This document shows, in pieces, positions 18,766 through 28,843 of a stretch of 64,000 nucleotides of DNA. How positions within the stretch are numbered: position 1 is the stretch's first letter; the number at the start of each line of letters is the position of its first letter. The notes below the pieces were generated by a model. The model was not told where the DNA came from. It saw only the letters and a list, made by a program, of their open reading frames with translations, and ran no database searches. The DNA is from a virus (lineage: Duplodnaviria; Caudoviricetes), in the IMG/VR virus record IMGVR_UViG_3300008085_000002, positions 10 to 64,009 of that record; one strand, written 5' to 3'. Position numbers and translations under genes: made by a program.

Positions 18766-19001
18766 CAGTGCCTCGTTGCCGTGTAATCCGCCAGCTGGGC
18801 GGCGGCCCACATCCCGTCAGGGGTGGGCGTGGTGATGAAGACCGCGTCGTCAGGCTCGTCCACTTCGTCACCGTCCTCGTCGTGCAAGGTGATCGGGCTC
18901 GTCGTCCCGTCGCTCCACATTCCCAGCCGCTGGCTGAGGTTGATAGCGACCAGGTCGGGAGGCTCTGGGCAGGTGGAGGTGGGTGAGACGGGAGCGTTCA
19001 T
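18765..19001 (-). CDS. Hypothetical protein
   Basis: 78-aa ORF with TGATG overlap into the next gene. Confidence 0.5.
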   Translation of the reverse strand: MNAPVSPTSTCPEPPDLVAINLSQRLGMWSDGTTSPITLHDEDGDEVDEPDDAVFITTPTPDGMWAAAQLADYTATRH

Positions 19002-19013
19002 GGCTTACCCCGC

Positions 19014-20552
19014 TCACCGCGCGCTGCCCCCGGCCGGTTGCTGACCGGGCGGGGTGTCATCATCCTCTTCATCGTCGTCCTGGGCTCCTTGTTCCAGGGC
19101 GTTCTGTTCGAGCTCGAATTGGCGATCGGTGTTGGCCTGACTGGAGCCGGTGAGGGGCTCTTCGCTCTCGATCTCGTCGATTTCGGCCTCGTACTCCAGC
19201 TGGGTAAGGCCACGGTCCTGCATCAGGGCGTGGACGCTCTTGCGGCTGATCGGCGCGCCAAGGTTCTTGGAGGTCATGAGCTCGACCAGCGACTTGGTGT
19301 CGAAGCTGCTGTCGGCGAATTCGAGGTTCGGCTGAACGCTGACCTCGTCAGGGTTGGCACCGACCCAGACCGCAGCGGTCTTGAGCAGGCGCTCCAGGCC
19401 CATGGCTCCGGACAAGGCGATCGTGGTGAGGCTGGCCACGGCGGCCGCCACACGGGTCTGCAGAGCATCCCCGCTCTCGATCTGCTTGGACTTGGCGGTG
19501 GCCAGGCGGCCTGCCACCTGGGCAGCCTCGCTCCGGTCGTTCTCGATGGCCTGACGCTGCTCACCAAGACCATCGGCCGACACACCAATGTACTTGGCGT
19601 CGCCACCAATGGGCACGTCGATGATAGCACCCGCGCCTACCCGCTGCTCGTTGTCGTCATCGACGAAGCCGATGCGGACGAGCGTGTCCTGGCCCTGCAT
19701 GAACAGGTTCTGGCGGTAGTCGGCTTCACCCCGGTAGATGGCATAGCAGACCCGTGCGAGGCCCAGGAGGGGCGGGTCGTCGGGGCTGGAGACCGTGTCC
19801 TTGGTGTTGATGAACTCGAACGGGATGCGGTCGAGCTTGCGGCCCCGGATGCTGGGCTCCAGCAGCTGCCCCTCGTTGAAGGTCAGTGTGTCGTCTTCGG
19901 TGAACAGGCCCTGCCGGTAGGTCCCTGCTGCCTCGTTGGCCAGAGCGTCACCCAGCACGAGCGCGCGGTACTGCTCCTTGTACTCCCAGTCGAAGTCAGC
20001 CTTGCGTTTGAACTCGCTCTCGTCGAGCACCACCAGGTTGAGCACCGGCCGGTCCAGCTGCTGCTTGGAGCCGTCATCCCAGTTGATGATCGTCTCAGCA
20101 CGGTACAGCGCGATGTAGGGAAGCGGCCGCGCCGGGTCAGGGTTGCGGGGCAGGTCCAACATGAGCCCCACACGGCCGGTCACCAGCTGCTGCTCGTTGA
20201 TGCGGCGCAAGAGGTGCTCGATGGGGTCGCCATTGGCGTCGGCGCTCTCCCGGAGCGGCTCCAGCGCGGCCGGGAGCTCGATGGTCGGCTTGCGGCTGTG
20301 CATCATGCCGATGAAGTGCTCGACCGCCAGGCTGACGAAGTCGGGGAACACAGCGCGCTTGAGGTAGGCTTGGTAGGCCTTGTACCCCAGCTGATTGGCG
20401 TTGTCCATCCCGTCAGCGATCATGCCGCTCGTCGGCGGCAGGTGGACCTGGCCTCGGCTCTTGACCACACGCTCGCCACGGTAGGCGTCGCGGCAGTCGC
20501 GCCAGTCGTCGCTGAATTCCCCGTATTGTGGATGCTTGCTGTTCAGCGCCAT
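19014..20552 (-). CDS. Portal protein (DUF4055-like)
   Basis: HPQY...YQAYLKRAVFP and IYRGEADYRQNLFMQGQDTLV motifs; follows terminase. Confidence 0.9.
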   Translation of the reverse strand: MALNSKHPQYGEFSDDWRDCRDAYRGERVVKSRGQVHLPPTSGMIADGMDNANQLGYKAYQAYLKRAVFPDFVSLAVEHFIGMMHSRKPTIELPAALEPLRESADANGDPIEHLLRRINEQQLVTGRVGLMLDLPRNPDPARPLPYIALYRAETIINWDDGSKQQLDRPVLNLVVLDESEFKRKADFDWEYKEQYRALVLGDALANEAAGTYRQGLFTEDDTLTFNEGQLLEPSIRGRKLDRIPFEFINTKDTVSSPDDPPLLGLARVCYAIYRGEADYRQNLFMQGQDTLVRIGFVDDDNEQRVGAGAIIDVPIGGDAKYIGVSADGLGEQRQAIENDRSEAAQVAGRLATAKSKQIESGDALQTRVAAAVASLTTIALSGAMGLERLLKTAAVWVGANPDEVSVQPNLEFADSSFDTKSLVELMTSKNLGAPISRKSVHALMQDRGLTQLEYEAEIDEIESEEPLTGSSQANTDRQFELEQNALEQGAQDDDEEDDDTPPGQQPAGGSAR

Positions 20553-20601
20553 GGGCCCGTCCTTTCTCGTCCTTCATGCCCCGCCCCAGGCGGGTCGACA
20601 A

Positions 20602-22182
20602 TCAGTGGTGACCAGCCGTCACCCGGCTGCTGCCGGTGCGGATGGCCATGTTGCGGACGCGGTACCGCGTCTCGTCGGCGATGTGGTCTTCAGCGTCGGT
20701 GTCAATGTCGTCCATGTCTTTCTCATCGCGGGGTAGCGAGGGCACCGTGCGGACGAATTGCTGGCAGGCGTCGAAGATGAACAGGCCTGGGCGCTCGCGC
20801 GGCCCGTCGACCGGCTTCACCGCGTTCTGGAAGGCCATGCGCATCTGCTCCCAGCCGTTCTTGCGGGAGCCGGGGCGCTTGTCGGCCTTGAGCCACTGAA
20901 CGCCCTTGTACTCCCGGCCGTCAGCCAGGCGCACTTTGCGAGCCATGTCGACCGCGATGCAGTTGCCGTTCTCGGTGTCGAAGATCGAGCTATCCGCCAC
21001 CCCGGCATGGACGCGGCTCCGGGTCTGGTCGCGCCAGCCCCATCGGACCTCTCGCTCCACGATGCCCTTGGCGATGTCGCTGGCCAGCATCTTGAGGCCC
21101 TCGTTCGGCTTGCCAGTCCACCCGTACCACTCGGCACAGCGGAACAGGTCGCCGCGCACCGTCGAGCGCCAGCTGCCGTCGGGCATGCGCACGTCTGAGC
21201 CGTCGCTGGTCGCCCACCACCCCACTGAGAAAGGCTTGGACGAGCCCCAGTCAAAGCTCCGGTCGATGCGCCAGTTGGCTGGGATGACGAAACGCGGCAC
21301 CAGGTGGATGCGCGGCTTCCACACGTCGCCGAACATGCCGCCAGCGACGATGTCCCACGAGCCCTCCAGCCAGGCGGCTGCCATAGCCGGGTTGGCCGCT
21401 GAGGCGATGATCGTCGACTTGTAGTGAGGGTCGGCCGCCAAGAGCAGCTTGTTCTCGTCGATGTGGCCATGGATAGCCGTGCGGGTCGGCTCGGCATTGC
21501 CCTCAGCATCAGTGCAGTCGGTCTGCCGTACGATGTACTTCCAGCGGTAGGCGAGCTTGAACCGCTCCTTGACCCAGCTGTGACCGACGCCATACGGGTT
21601 GGTGGTTGCACGCACCATGCGCGGCACCCCCGGCTTGGAGGTTCGGCAGCAAGAGAACATCGACTTGTAGCACTCGTCAGTTGGCCAGTTGGTGAGCTCT
21701 TCCCAGCCGATGAACGGGTACTCGTGGCCGTGGTAATTCCAGTAGTCGGTCGGCTTCGCCATGTGGCGTAGCAGCAGGACCTCTCCGGTAGGCCACTCCC
21801 ACATCATCTTGGTGCGGTTGAACTTGGCTCCGGGGAACATCTGCCGAAACCACTTCTCGCTCTTGGCCTGAACGTCCGCCAGCTGAGGGTAGGTCTGTCG
21901 AAAGATGATCCCGCGCCAGGCTACCCCATGCCCTTGACCAACGTGCTTGGCGAAGCTCATCAGCAGAGTGTCGGTCTTACCGGGGCCGCGTGTGCCGTGG
22001 TACAGCGTCTCGAAGTCGGGGCACATGAGGTACAGCCGCTGGCTGCCCTCCTGGGCTTCCCAGATGATCTCCCGGCCGTCGACCGTTCGCCGGGTCGGGA
22101 CCTTGGCCTCTTGGGCAGCGGCCTCTGCGTACCGCTTGTCGTATTCCTCCTGCTCCTCAGGAGTGGGGGCATAGGTGCTCAC
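20602..22182 (-). CDS. terL: Terminase large subunit
   Basis: GTRGPGKT Walker A, FIGWEELT Walker B, RSFDWGSSKPFS nuclease motif, DAEDHIADETRY. Confidence 0.95.
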   Translation of the reverse strand: MSTYAPTPEEQEEYDKRYAEAAAQEAKVPTRRTVDGREIIWEAQEGSQRLYLMCPDFETLYHGTRGPGKTDTLLMSFAKHVGQGHGVAWRGIIFRQTYPQLADVQAKSEKWFRQMFPGAKFNRTKMMWEWPTGEVLLLRHMAKPTDYWNYHGHEYPFIGWEELTNWPTDECYKSMFSCCRTSKPGVPRMVRATTNPYGVGHSWVKERFKLAYRWKYIVRQTDCTDAEGNAEPTRTAIHGHIDENKLLLAADPHYKSTIIASAANPAMAAAWLEGSWDIVAGGMFGDVWKPRIHLVPRFVIPANWRIDRSFDWGSSKPFSVGWWATSDGSDVRMPDGSWRSTVRGDLFRCAEWYGWTGKPNEGLKMLASDIAKGIVEREVRWGWRDQTRSRVHAGVADSSIFDTENGNCIAVDMARKVRLADGREYKGVQWLKADKRPGSRKNGWEQMRMAFQNAVKPVDGPRERPGLFIFDACQQFVRTVPSLPRDEKDMDDIDTDAEDHIADETRYRVRNMAIRTGSSRVTAGHH

Positions 22183-22742
22183 TGAGCAGCCTCAGGCGGA
22201 TCGGGCTGCACCGTGTTGGCGTTGTTGCCCTCAACGATCTTGGCCCACTCGTCGGGGGCCGCGTTGGCAGGGACCACCAGCACACCACCGCCACCCTTGA
22301 TGTCGACCTCGCTGCGCTCCTTGAAGCCGGGCTCGACGCGGCGCGCCTCCATGGCGATCAGGTTGATGGGGTAGACCCGCTTGTGAGCGATGACCTCGTC
22401 CCGGTCCTTGCCGCCGATGATCGGCTCTTCAACGCCCTCATACACGAGCTCGTCCCAGTGCTCCATGAAGCGAGCCTGGTACTTGTCGAGGGCTTCCTCC
22501 ATCGCCTCAGCGAACTCAGGGTCATTCTCAGCATGCTGGGCCACGGTCTGCCGGGTCACCCCGGCCGCCATGCATGCGCGGCTCTTGAAGCCAGTCTGCG
22601 CCAGGACGGTCAGGTAGCGGTCCTTGGCCGCATCGTCGAATTTGATCTTCGCAGCCTGCAGCCGGGTCCGCCACGTGGACTGGTCGGCGCGCTTGGCGTG
22701 TCGGGCGGCCGTCTTCGGCCGGTTCTTGCTGGGAGCAGCCAT
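22179..22742 (-). CDS. terS: Terminase small subunit
   Basis: HTH-like ACMAAGVTRQTV...DPEFAEAMEEA; GTGA overlap with terL. The start could be 22793. Confidence 0.75.
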   Translation of the reverse strand: MAAPSKNRPKTAARHAKRADQSTWRTRLQAAKIKFDDAAKDRYLTVLAQTGFKSRACMAAGVTRQTVAQHAENDPEFAEAMEEALDKYQARFMEHWDELVYEGVEEPIIGGKDRDEVIAHKRVYPINLIAMEARRVEPGFKERSEVDIKGGGGVLVVPANAAPDEWAKIVEGNNANTVQPDPPEAAQ

Positions 22743-22936
22743 CTGCCTCGTTCCTCTTTGCCCCGGCCAGGCCATCCTGGCCCTCGCACCCATGCGCGAA
22801 GGGACCTGTCAGTTGTGTCACTGAGACAGATTTTCCGCAAGGGGCTTAATGCCCAGGCGCGCTCGACTGCTCGACGTTGCTCGACATGGTTCTCAAGCCC
22901 AGGGGCAGGTCAAGCGCCGTAAGGCCCCGCAATCGC

Positions 22937-23111
22937 AGGGCTATATCTACTTACTCTACTTACTCTACTAGAGAGAGAAGAGAGTAGAGTACTACAACCT
23001 TAGCGCCTCCTGCCGCAATTCCCTAGCGAACCGGAAACCAGTCGAGCAGGTCGAAAAGTCGAGCAGGTGACCCCTAACCCCTTGGGCTTGTGAACGAATA
23101 CCGCGCTCGAC
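22937..23111. repeat. 175-bp non-coding element, copy A
   Basis: Shares blocks AGGGCTATATCTACTTACTCTACTTACTCTACTA, AGAGTAGAGTA, TTCCCTAGCGAACCGGAAACCAGTCGAGCAGGTCG, CCCTTGGGCTTGT and AATACCGCGCTCGAC, with the same overall span, as 59171-59345. Confidence 0.92.
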
Positions 23112-23125
23112 TTCGCTACTCGACG

Positions 23126-23655
23126 TTAAGCTGCTCGACCTCTGGGCTTGGTGAGGGCCGCCCTTCGGCGATCGTAGGCTCCCAACGAGCTCTTGAGCTC
23201 TGCCCAAGCGACCTCGACCTCAGCCGGTGGGACATCAGCACGGGGCTCCAGCCTCTGCTCATCGCTGGAGCTCGTGTAGGCACGTACCAAAGCCCAGGCA
23301 GCTTGCGCCAGCCGGTCGTTGACGACGCGGCTCACTTCCCCTGCTCCTTGCGCCAGGCAGCGAACCGAGCTTCGAGCTCGTCCTCACGTGCAGTGGCCTC
23401 AGCCACCTGCTGATCGGTCATGCCCCTGTAGCCTACCACACCGATGCGACGGCATTCAGCCGTCCGGTAATAGCTCTCAGGGTTGCTGCAGACCCGGTGA
23501 ACGATTGCAGTCTCGCCGCGCCGCTCTTGGTACGTGAACCTGTGTCCCCTGAGGATGGGGTTTCCGCAGTCGTAACAGATGCGAGCAGGCTTGGGCGGAT
23601 CAGCCGGGTCCTTGATGATCTGCTTGCAGCAGGGGCAACGCTTGACAGTCACCAC
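23126..23655 (-). CDS. Two small hypothetical proteins (23332..23655 with CPCC/CYDC zinc motifs; 23126..23335)
   Basis: Overlapping start/stop codons at the end of the early block. Confidence 0.55.
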
Positions 23656-24788
23656 TGCGCCCCCGTCACTTGCGGCAGGTAATACCGCTGCACGAGCTCG
23701 TCGACCAGCGCCGGGTCGGTGCGCTCAGGCAGGTTGGACTGGAAGCCGTTGACCTCTTCGACCAGAGCCTCCAGCAGTGGCGACACGTCCTGGTAGCTGC
23801 GCTTGCCCTGCTTGATCTCCAGGAGCTCGGCTGCATCCGGCCGGGGGAAGGTGATCGTGTGCGAGCGCAAGAGCTCCAGCGCCTGGCGCGCCACCCGCAC
23901 AGCGTGGCTGATAGCCTTCCAGTCGATGCCCTCGTTGGTCATTGCGGCGCGGGCCCGCTCGCCATAATTCTCCCACACGGTGCGGTAGACCTTGACGGCT
24001 TCACCGATATGAGAGGTCATCGGCATTTTGCGGTCACAGCATTCGATGTGCCAGCACTCCCGGCCGTCGGGATGTGGGATGTTGACAAAGTCCATGTGCT
24101 CGTTAGCTGCAGCGAGCTCGCGCAACATTGGCTCGACCGTGCCGAGCTTGTCGCTCCAGGTGAGCGGCTCCAGTGCGTCGATGAGCACCTTCACCGCTGC
24201 CATCCGGGAACCCTTCACCCCGTACTTGGCCGCCTGGCGCTGGCAGTAGCCGACGAAGCCCTTGGCCTGCCGGTTCAGGACCTTCACCGCTTGCGCCTGG
24301 ATGAGCGGCCACAGCGGGTCCATGTCGACGATGGCCCAGGGTGGCGCGAAGAGAATTTCGGTCGCGACCGTGTCGCCCTTGGCGAGCATGCCGAGAAACT
24401 TGGCCAGGCTGTAAGACTGATTGTCCACCGCGTCGGCCGTGTTCTTGGTGCCCTCCTTGGCGACCACGTTGCGCTCGATCACGTCCTCAGGCCGACCGAG
24501 CACGATGCCTAGGCCGCTCGGCAGGTGGACGCCCTTGAGGTCGGTGTCGCTGGAGGGCGTGGAGGTGCCGTACAGGTGCGAGCCATGCTGGATGGTGACC
24601 AGCTGGCGCGTCGGCCGAAGGCAGCCGCCCTTGATGCTGTTCTCGATGGCGTTGATCAGCCCTTCGGTGCAATCGGTGCACTCACAGGGGCTGGAACTCC
24701 CTTCCGGCTTGTGGAACATCTGCTCGTACTCAGGCCCAGCGCAGCTGCAGCCGCGCCTCCATTCAGCGATCATTTCAAGCGGGGTCAT
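23649..24788 (-). CDS. Pol-beta superfamily nucleotidyltransferase (RlaP / PF10127-like) with short Cys-rich N-terminus
   Basis: HGSHLYGTSTPSSDTDLKG (GS...DxD) motif; DWKAISHAVR; ELLEIKQGK. Confidence 0.85.
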   Translation of the reverse strand: MTPLEMIAEWRRGCSCAGPEYEQMFHKPEGSSSPCECTDCTEGLINAIENSIKGGCLRPTRQLVTIQHGSHLYGTSTPSSDTDLKGVHLPSGLGIVLGRPEDVIERNVVAKEGTKNTADAVDNQSYSLAKFLGMLAKGDTVATEILFAPPWAIVDMDPLWPLIQAQAVKVLNRQAKGFVGYCQRQAAKYGVKGSRMAAVKVLIDALEPLTWSDKLGTVEPMLRELAAANEHMDFVNIPHPDGRECWHIECCDRKMPMTSHIGEAVKVYRTVWENYGERARAAMTNEGIDWKAISHAVRVARQALELLRSHTITFPRPDAAELLEIKQGKRSYQDVSPLLEALVEEVNGFQSNLPERTDPALVDELVQRYYLPQVTGAQW

Positions 24789-25320
24789 CGGCGGTCTCCT
24801 TGTAGCGGTCGGGAATGATTGCCCATGCACGGTCCCACAGGCCTTGGTCGCCCTGCCTCATCACTTGCAGGATGGCGGCCTTCTCCCTCAGGTACACCTT
24901 GGCAAAGTCTGGGTCGAGCGAGACGATCGTCTTGCTGTTGCTGATCAGGTCAGCCAGCTTGACGGTCTGAGCGGCCGGGGAGATTTGCGCCAGCCGACCC
25001 CGTTCAGCGGCCTTGCGCGCCTTGCGGTTGCCAGGCCAGTCAGGCTCGGTAAGCTCGTCGACCAGCTTTGCAACGGTCGGGCCGAAGTGGGCTTCCACCT
25101 CCTGCAGCGTGACCTCGGTGTCCTCCACCACGTCGTGGAGCACAGCGGCGGTGAGCATGAACTGGTCGTACTCCACTGCCTCGGTCACCGTCATCATCAC
25201 GTCGATGGGGTGGACAATGTAGGGCTCCCCGGTGTACTTGCGTACCTGGCGAGCCAGCGAGTGGGCCTTGGCAGCGAAGGCTACCGCGTCGTGGACCCTT
25301 CCGGAGAGCTCGATCATCAC
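24775..25320 (-). CDS. HD-domain (p)ppGpp hydrolase-like protein (small alarmone hydrolase / Mesh1-like)
   Basis: AH..Q.RK..GEPYIVHP, AAVLHDVVEDT, DELT and KLADLISN motifs. Confidence 0.88.
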   Translation of the reverse strand: MMIELSGRVHDAVAFAAKAHSLARQVRKYTGEPYIVHPIDVMMTVTEAVEYDQFMLTAAVLHDVVEDTEVTLQEVEAHFGPTVAKLVDELTEPDWPGNRKARKAAERGRLAQISPAAQTVKLADLISNSKTIVSLDPDFAKVYLREKAAILQVMRQGDQGLWDRAWAIIPDRYKETADDPA

Positions 25321-26367
25321 AACAGCCCCACCGACTTGAGCTCAGCCCGCGCCTGGCTCACGTTGACCGCGCGGCCCTCGGCCCAAGGCTTGAACTCCCG
25401 GTCCACCTCAGCGTCGACCTCAAGCAGCATCGCCTTGATAGCCTCCTGCTTGCGCAGTGCCTTGGCCAGGCGCTTACTGCGCTCCAGCTTCGACAACACC
25501 TTGTCAGCCATTGAACTTGCCCTCCACGTCCATCAGCGCAGGGTGGCGAACACCCTGGAAGTCGATGTGCACCACGTTCAGCTGGTGCCGGTTGCAGAAG
25601 ACCTGCAGGCCTTCCCGAGTGAAGCCGACCGAGAGGTCAGCGAATTCCTGAGGCGACTGGTCGGCCGGGCGCTCTTCGAGGCAGCGCGAACAGTGCATGT
25701 AGGCGGTGATCTGTGGCTCAGCCATTGGTCGGCTCCTCAAACTGGTCAGTGATCTCGTCCCACTCGTCCGCGTACATCCAGCAGCGAACCTCAGGGGCAG
25801 GGCCCATCAGGATAGCGTCGCAGCCTTCCGGCCATGAGCCGTCATCCTCACGGCGCTCGACGATGGCAGCGGCCTCAGCCTTGGCTGCCTCTTCGGTCGT
25901 GGCTTCCAGGCGCGTGGCGCGCTCCTGGAGCCGACCGTCACGGGTGGCGAACAGGCGGTAGGTTGGGGTGGTGTTTAGGTCCATGAGCATGCGCTCCCGT
26001 GTCTGAAGGTTGTCGCCCTCTTGGAGAGGGCGGTTGATGGTGAAGCCGTTCATACCAGCACCTCCCGCACGAGGGTCATCAGGCGATCGTAATCGCTCTC
26101 GAAGTGGCGCTCGTCGTCCCACTCGTTGTGAGGCCGGTAGCACAGGCCTTCGCTGGTTTCCATTTCCCCGGTGTGGAGCGAAGCAACCTCGTTCCAGCTG
26201 AGGGTGGTCGGGCTCCAGACCTGAGCGAAGGCCTTGCACTGCGCCAGGTAGGCGTCGCTCTTGATGGTGAACCGGACCTTGTGTTCGCCGAAGCTGCACA
26301 GGTAGCGGAAGGTGACGTCCTGGCCACCCTTCGAGATGCGACCGTCGATCAGCTTGAAATTTGACAT
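25317..26367 (-). CDS. Cluster of four small hypothetical early genes (25317..25511, 25504..25725, 25718..26053, 26050..26367)
   Basis: Abutting or overlapping ORFs downstream of promoter 26391-26419 and an AGAAAAGGAG RBS. Confidence 0.55.
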
Positions 26368-26390
26368 CAGCGTTCTCCTTTTCTAGGCTG

Positions 26391-26419
26391 AGAGTGCCTC
26401 AGCGAAACGCAGAAGACAA
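26391..26419 (-). promoter_or_regulatory. Putative phage early promoter
   Basis: TTGTCT-N17(ending CTGAGG)-CACTCT. Confidence 0.65.
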
Positions 26420-26439
26420 GTCCCTTTCTGCCGCCCTCA

Positions 26440-26682
26440 TCAAATAATCTCAGCCGCCGCGCGCCTGAGCCAGGTCCGGTTGGCGCTGACCTCAGCCATC
26501 TCGGTCCTGGGAGACGAGCTCACCCGCTTGCGCCGCTCTCCCTTGGGCCCCGTGACCACCAGCACCTTCTTGGGCCCGGTGCCGTGTTCCAGGCGCACCT
26601 CCAAGCCGAGCTCCTGGGCCACTGGCCTCAGGTCGTCCAGCACGGCGCGCTCGTGCTTCTGGAGGCGCAGCTTGCGGCTCAC
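26440..26682 (-). CDS. HicA-like fold protein (weak)
   Basis: 80 aa with helix-strand-strand pattern and VSSSPR motif; lacks an obvious G-x-H. Confidence 0.35.
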   Translation of the reverse strand: MSRKLRLQKHERAVLDDLRPVAQELGLEVRLEHGTGPKKVLVVTGPKGERRKRVSSSPRTEMAEVSANRTWLRRAAAEII

Positions 26683-27313
26683 GTGAGGCCCTCGTCCAGC
26701 AAGGTGTGCTTAGCGCAGGTCAGGGTGCCCAGGAGGGAGCCGAACGGGAAGGGGAGCTCTTCATGGTGCGCCCACTGCCACCAGAAGGTCGGCTCAGTCT
26801 CGTGGCGTTCCGGCCGGGGCTGTTCCACGGTACAGAGCACAAGGCCAATGACCTCCCCAGCCTTGACCTTCTCGATGCAGCCTTCCAGCGTCTCGATCAT
26901 GTCCTTGCCGCCATGGACCAAAGTGAGCTCAGGGGCCTTGGCCTGGGTCATCAGTTGCCTCCCCGCTCGACCTGGATGTGCGTGGCCATTTGCTCTCCCT
27001 CGTCGTCGCCCCGCACTGACACATGCTTCACCGGCCAAAGCAACGGCGGACAGTTGCTGATCCAGACCGGCCGGGTGGCCAGTCGGGGGTAGATGGCGCG
27101 GGTTTGCTGCAGCTTCTCGATTAGCTCGTCCAGGCTCATCACCTGGTAGCCAAAGCTCTCCACGCTCACAGCGGCCGCCTCCACGACATCTGGCGCAGGA
27201 GCTTGCGCACTTCCCGGTCGCTCAGCTTATCCCAGCCAGGACCGACGCGGTGCCGCACCCGCCAGAAGAAGCGGCGGACCTTGCCGTCCTGGGGCTCACG
27301 CCCCTTGAACAGG

Positions 27314-27481
27314 CTAGTCTTCGCCATCGTCGAGCTCCCGCATCACTCGGCTCAGGTCGTCGAAGCCCCGCACCGCGTCGCGCCGCCTGGTGTAGCCTTC
27401 GCTGGTCACCATGTTCTCGCCATTCTTGCCCTTGACGCGGTAGCGCCATTCACCGGCCTCGTCCTTGAAATACTCAACCAT
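27314..27481 (-). CDS. YegP/DUF1508-family protein (55 aa; not in the ORF track)
   Basis: MVEYFKDEAGEWRYRVKGKNGENMVTSEGYTRRRDA. Confidence 0.75.
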   Translation of the reverse strand: MVEYFKDEAGEWRYRVKGKNGENMVTSEGYTRRRDAVRGFDDLSRVMRELDDGED

Positions 27482-27745
27482 GATCAATACCCCATTGCCT
27501 CAAGCGATTTCCGGAGCAGGGTGAGGACAGAGACCTGGTCCGATGGATGGTCGAGCACCTGCCCCTCCCGGAGCGGGGGCTTGCGACCGATGACTGCGAG
27601 CTCTGGATCGAGCCGCTTGCGGTACGAGCGGCAACGGTAGTTGCGACGCTTGACGGTGCCACCCTGGTTGTCGATCACCACGCTGTTGAGCAGGGTGGTG
27701 TTGCCAGTGACGGCGCTCAGGAGCTCGACCTTCACCACGATCATG

Positions 27746-27934
27746 TCAGTTGCTCCTGTGCTGGCGCTGCCAGAAGCGAGCCCCTTCGAGGTCGTCCCAG
27801 TCACAGGACAGCTGGTCAGGGTTGGCCTGCTGAGCAGCCACGCACTCACGCTCGATCTGTTCGATCTCGCTGAGCTCAGGCTGCTCTGCGCAACCTGCCA
27901 ATAGCACGAGAGCGATCGTCCACAGCTTGCTCAT
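27746..27934 (-). CDS. Small lipoprotein
   Basis: MSKLWTIALVLLAGC lipobox. Confidence 0.65.
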   Translation of the reverse strand: MSKLWTIALVLLAGCAEQPELSEIEQIERECVAAQQANPDQLSCDWDDLEGARFWQRQHRSN

Positions 27935-28843
27935 ACCGCTGCATCCCGCATGAGGGTCCAAAGCTCGCTGATGTAGTCCGGCCAACGGCGGCCGCCGCCT
28001 ACCCCCGCGCCGTGCAGCGCCTCATCGACCCCGGCCGCGACCATGGCCTCAGTCGGTTCGCCATGCCAGCGCCGCGTCGCCCAGACCATGTCAGCGTAGG
28101 AGAAGCCAGTACCAGGCTTGACCCGGCTCTCCCGGTAGACGGTCTTGCCAGCGCCCAGCGCCAGCCGCTCATCTGGCTTGAAGGCTGCCTCGTACTCAGC
28201 CTGGGTGTAGCGTTCCACCGCGTCTTCGAGCTTGCCGCCGTCGGTGCCGTGCTCGGTCACCAACAGGTAGCGCAGAACAGGTTCGGTCATGCGTCGTCTC
28301 CGTAGACTTCCTTGGCGCGCTCCAGAGGGAGCACGTCCAGCGCGCTCTGCAGCGCGTGGGTCATGGTCTCGCCGACGCCCTTGGTGAGCAAGCCGCCGCG
28401 CCGATGCTGGAGCTCAGCCCAGAAGCCGAACGGCTTGCACCGCTCGTGGGTGTCGCCCTTGTAGATGATTGGCTTCACCTGTTCGCCCATGCCGTAGATG
28501 AACCAATTCTCAGGAATGCTGATCATGGTCATCTCAAGGCGGTGGGCGTAGCGCGGCAGAGCACCGGGGAGGTGGTAGGCCATGGACCGCTCGTAGTCCT
28601 CATCCCGCTCGTCCCAGCGCATCTCGCCACAGCAGTAGCAGCGCCAGCCGCCCCGGCCGATGCCAGACGTGCCCTTCCACCAGGGCAGGACGCGGCGATC
28701 GTTGCCGTTCCAGCTGCTGGAGTAGCGCCAATCGTGGTGCTTGCCCTTGACCCCGAAGAAGCGGTCCAGGCCGGTCAGCGGCCGCGCGGGGCAGACCCCA
28801 GGGTCAGGCCGCTGCCTGGGCTTGTAATTTGCACGTGCGGTCC

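Noticed and set aside
22937-23140. CTACTTACT and GCTCGAC repeats as a mini-CRISPR array
   Set aside because: The repeats are 7-9 bp, irregularly spaced and in both orientations; there are no spacer-sized unique units and no cas genes.
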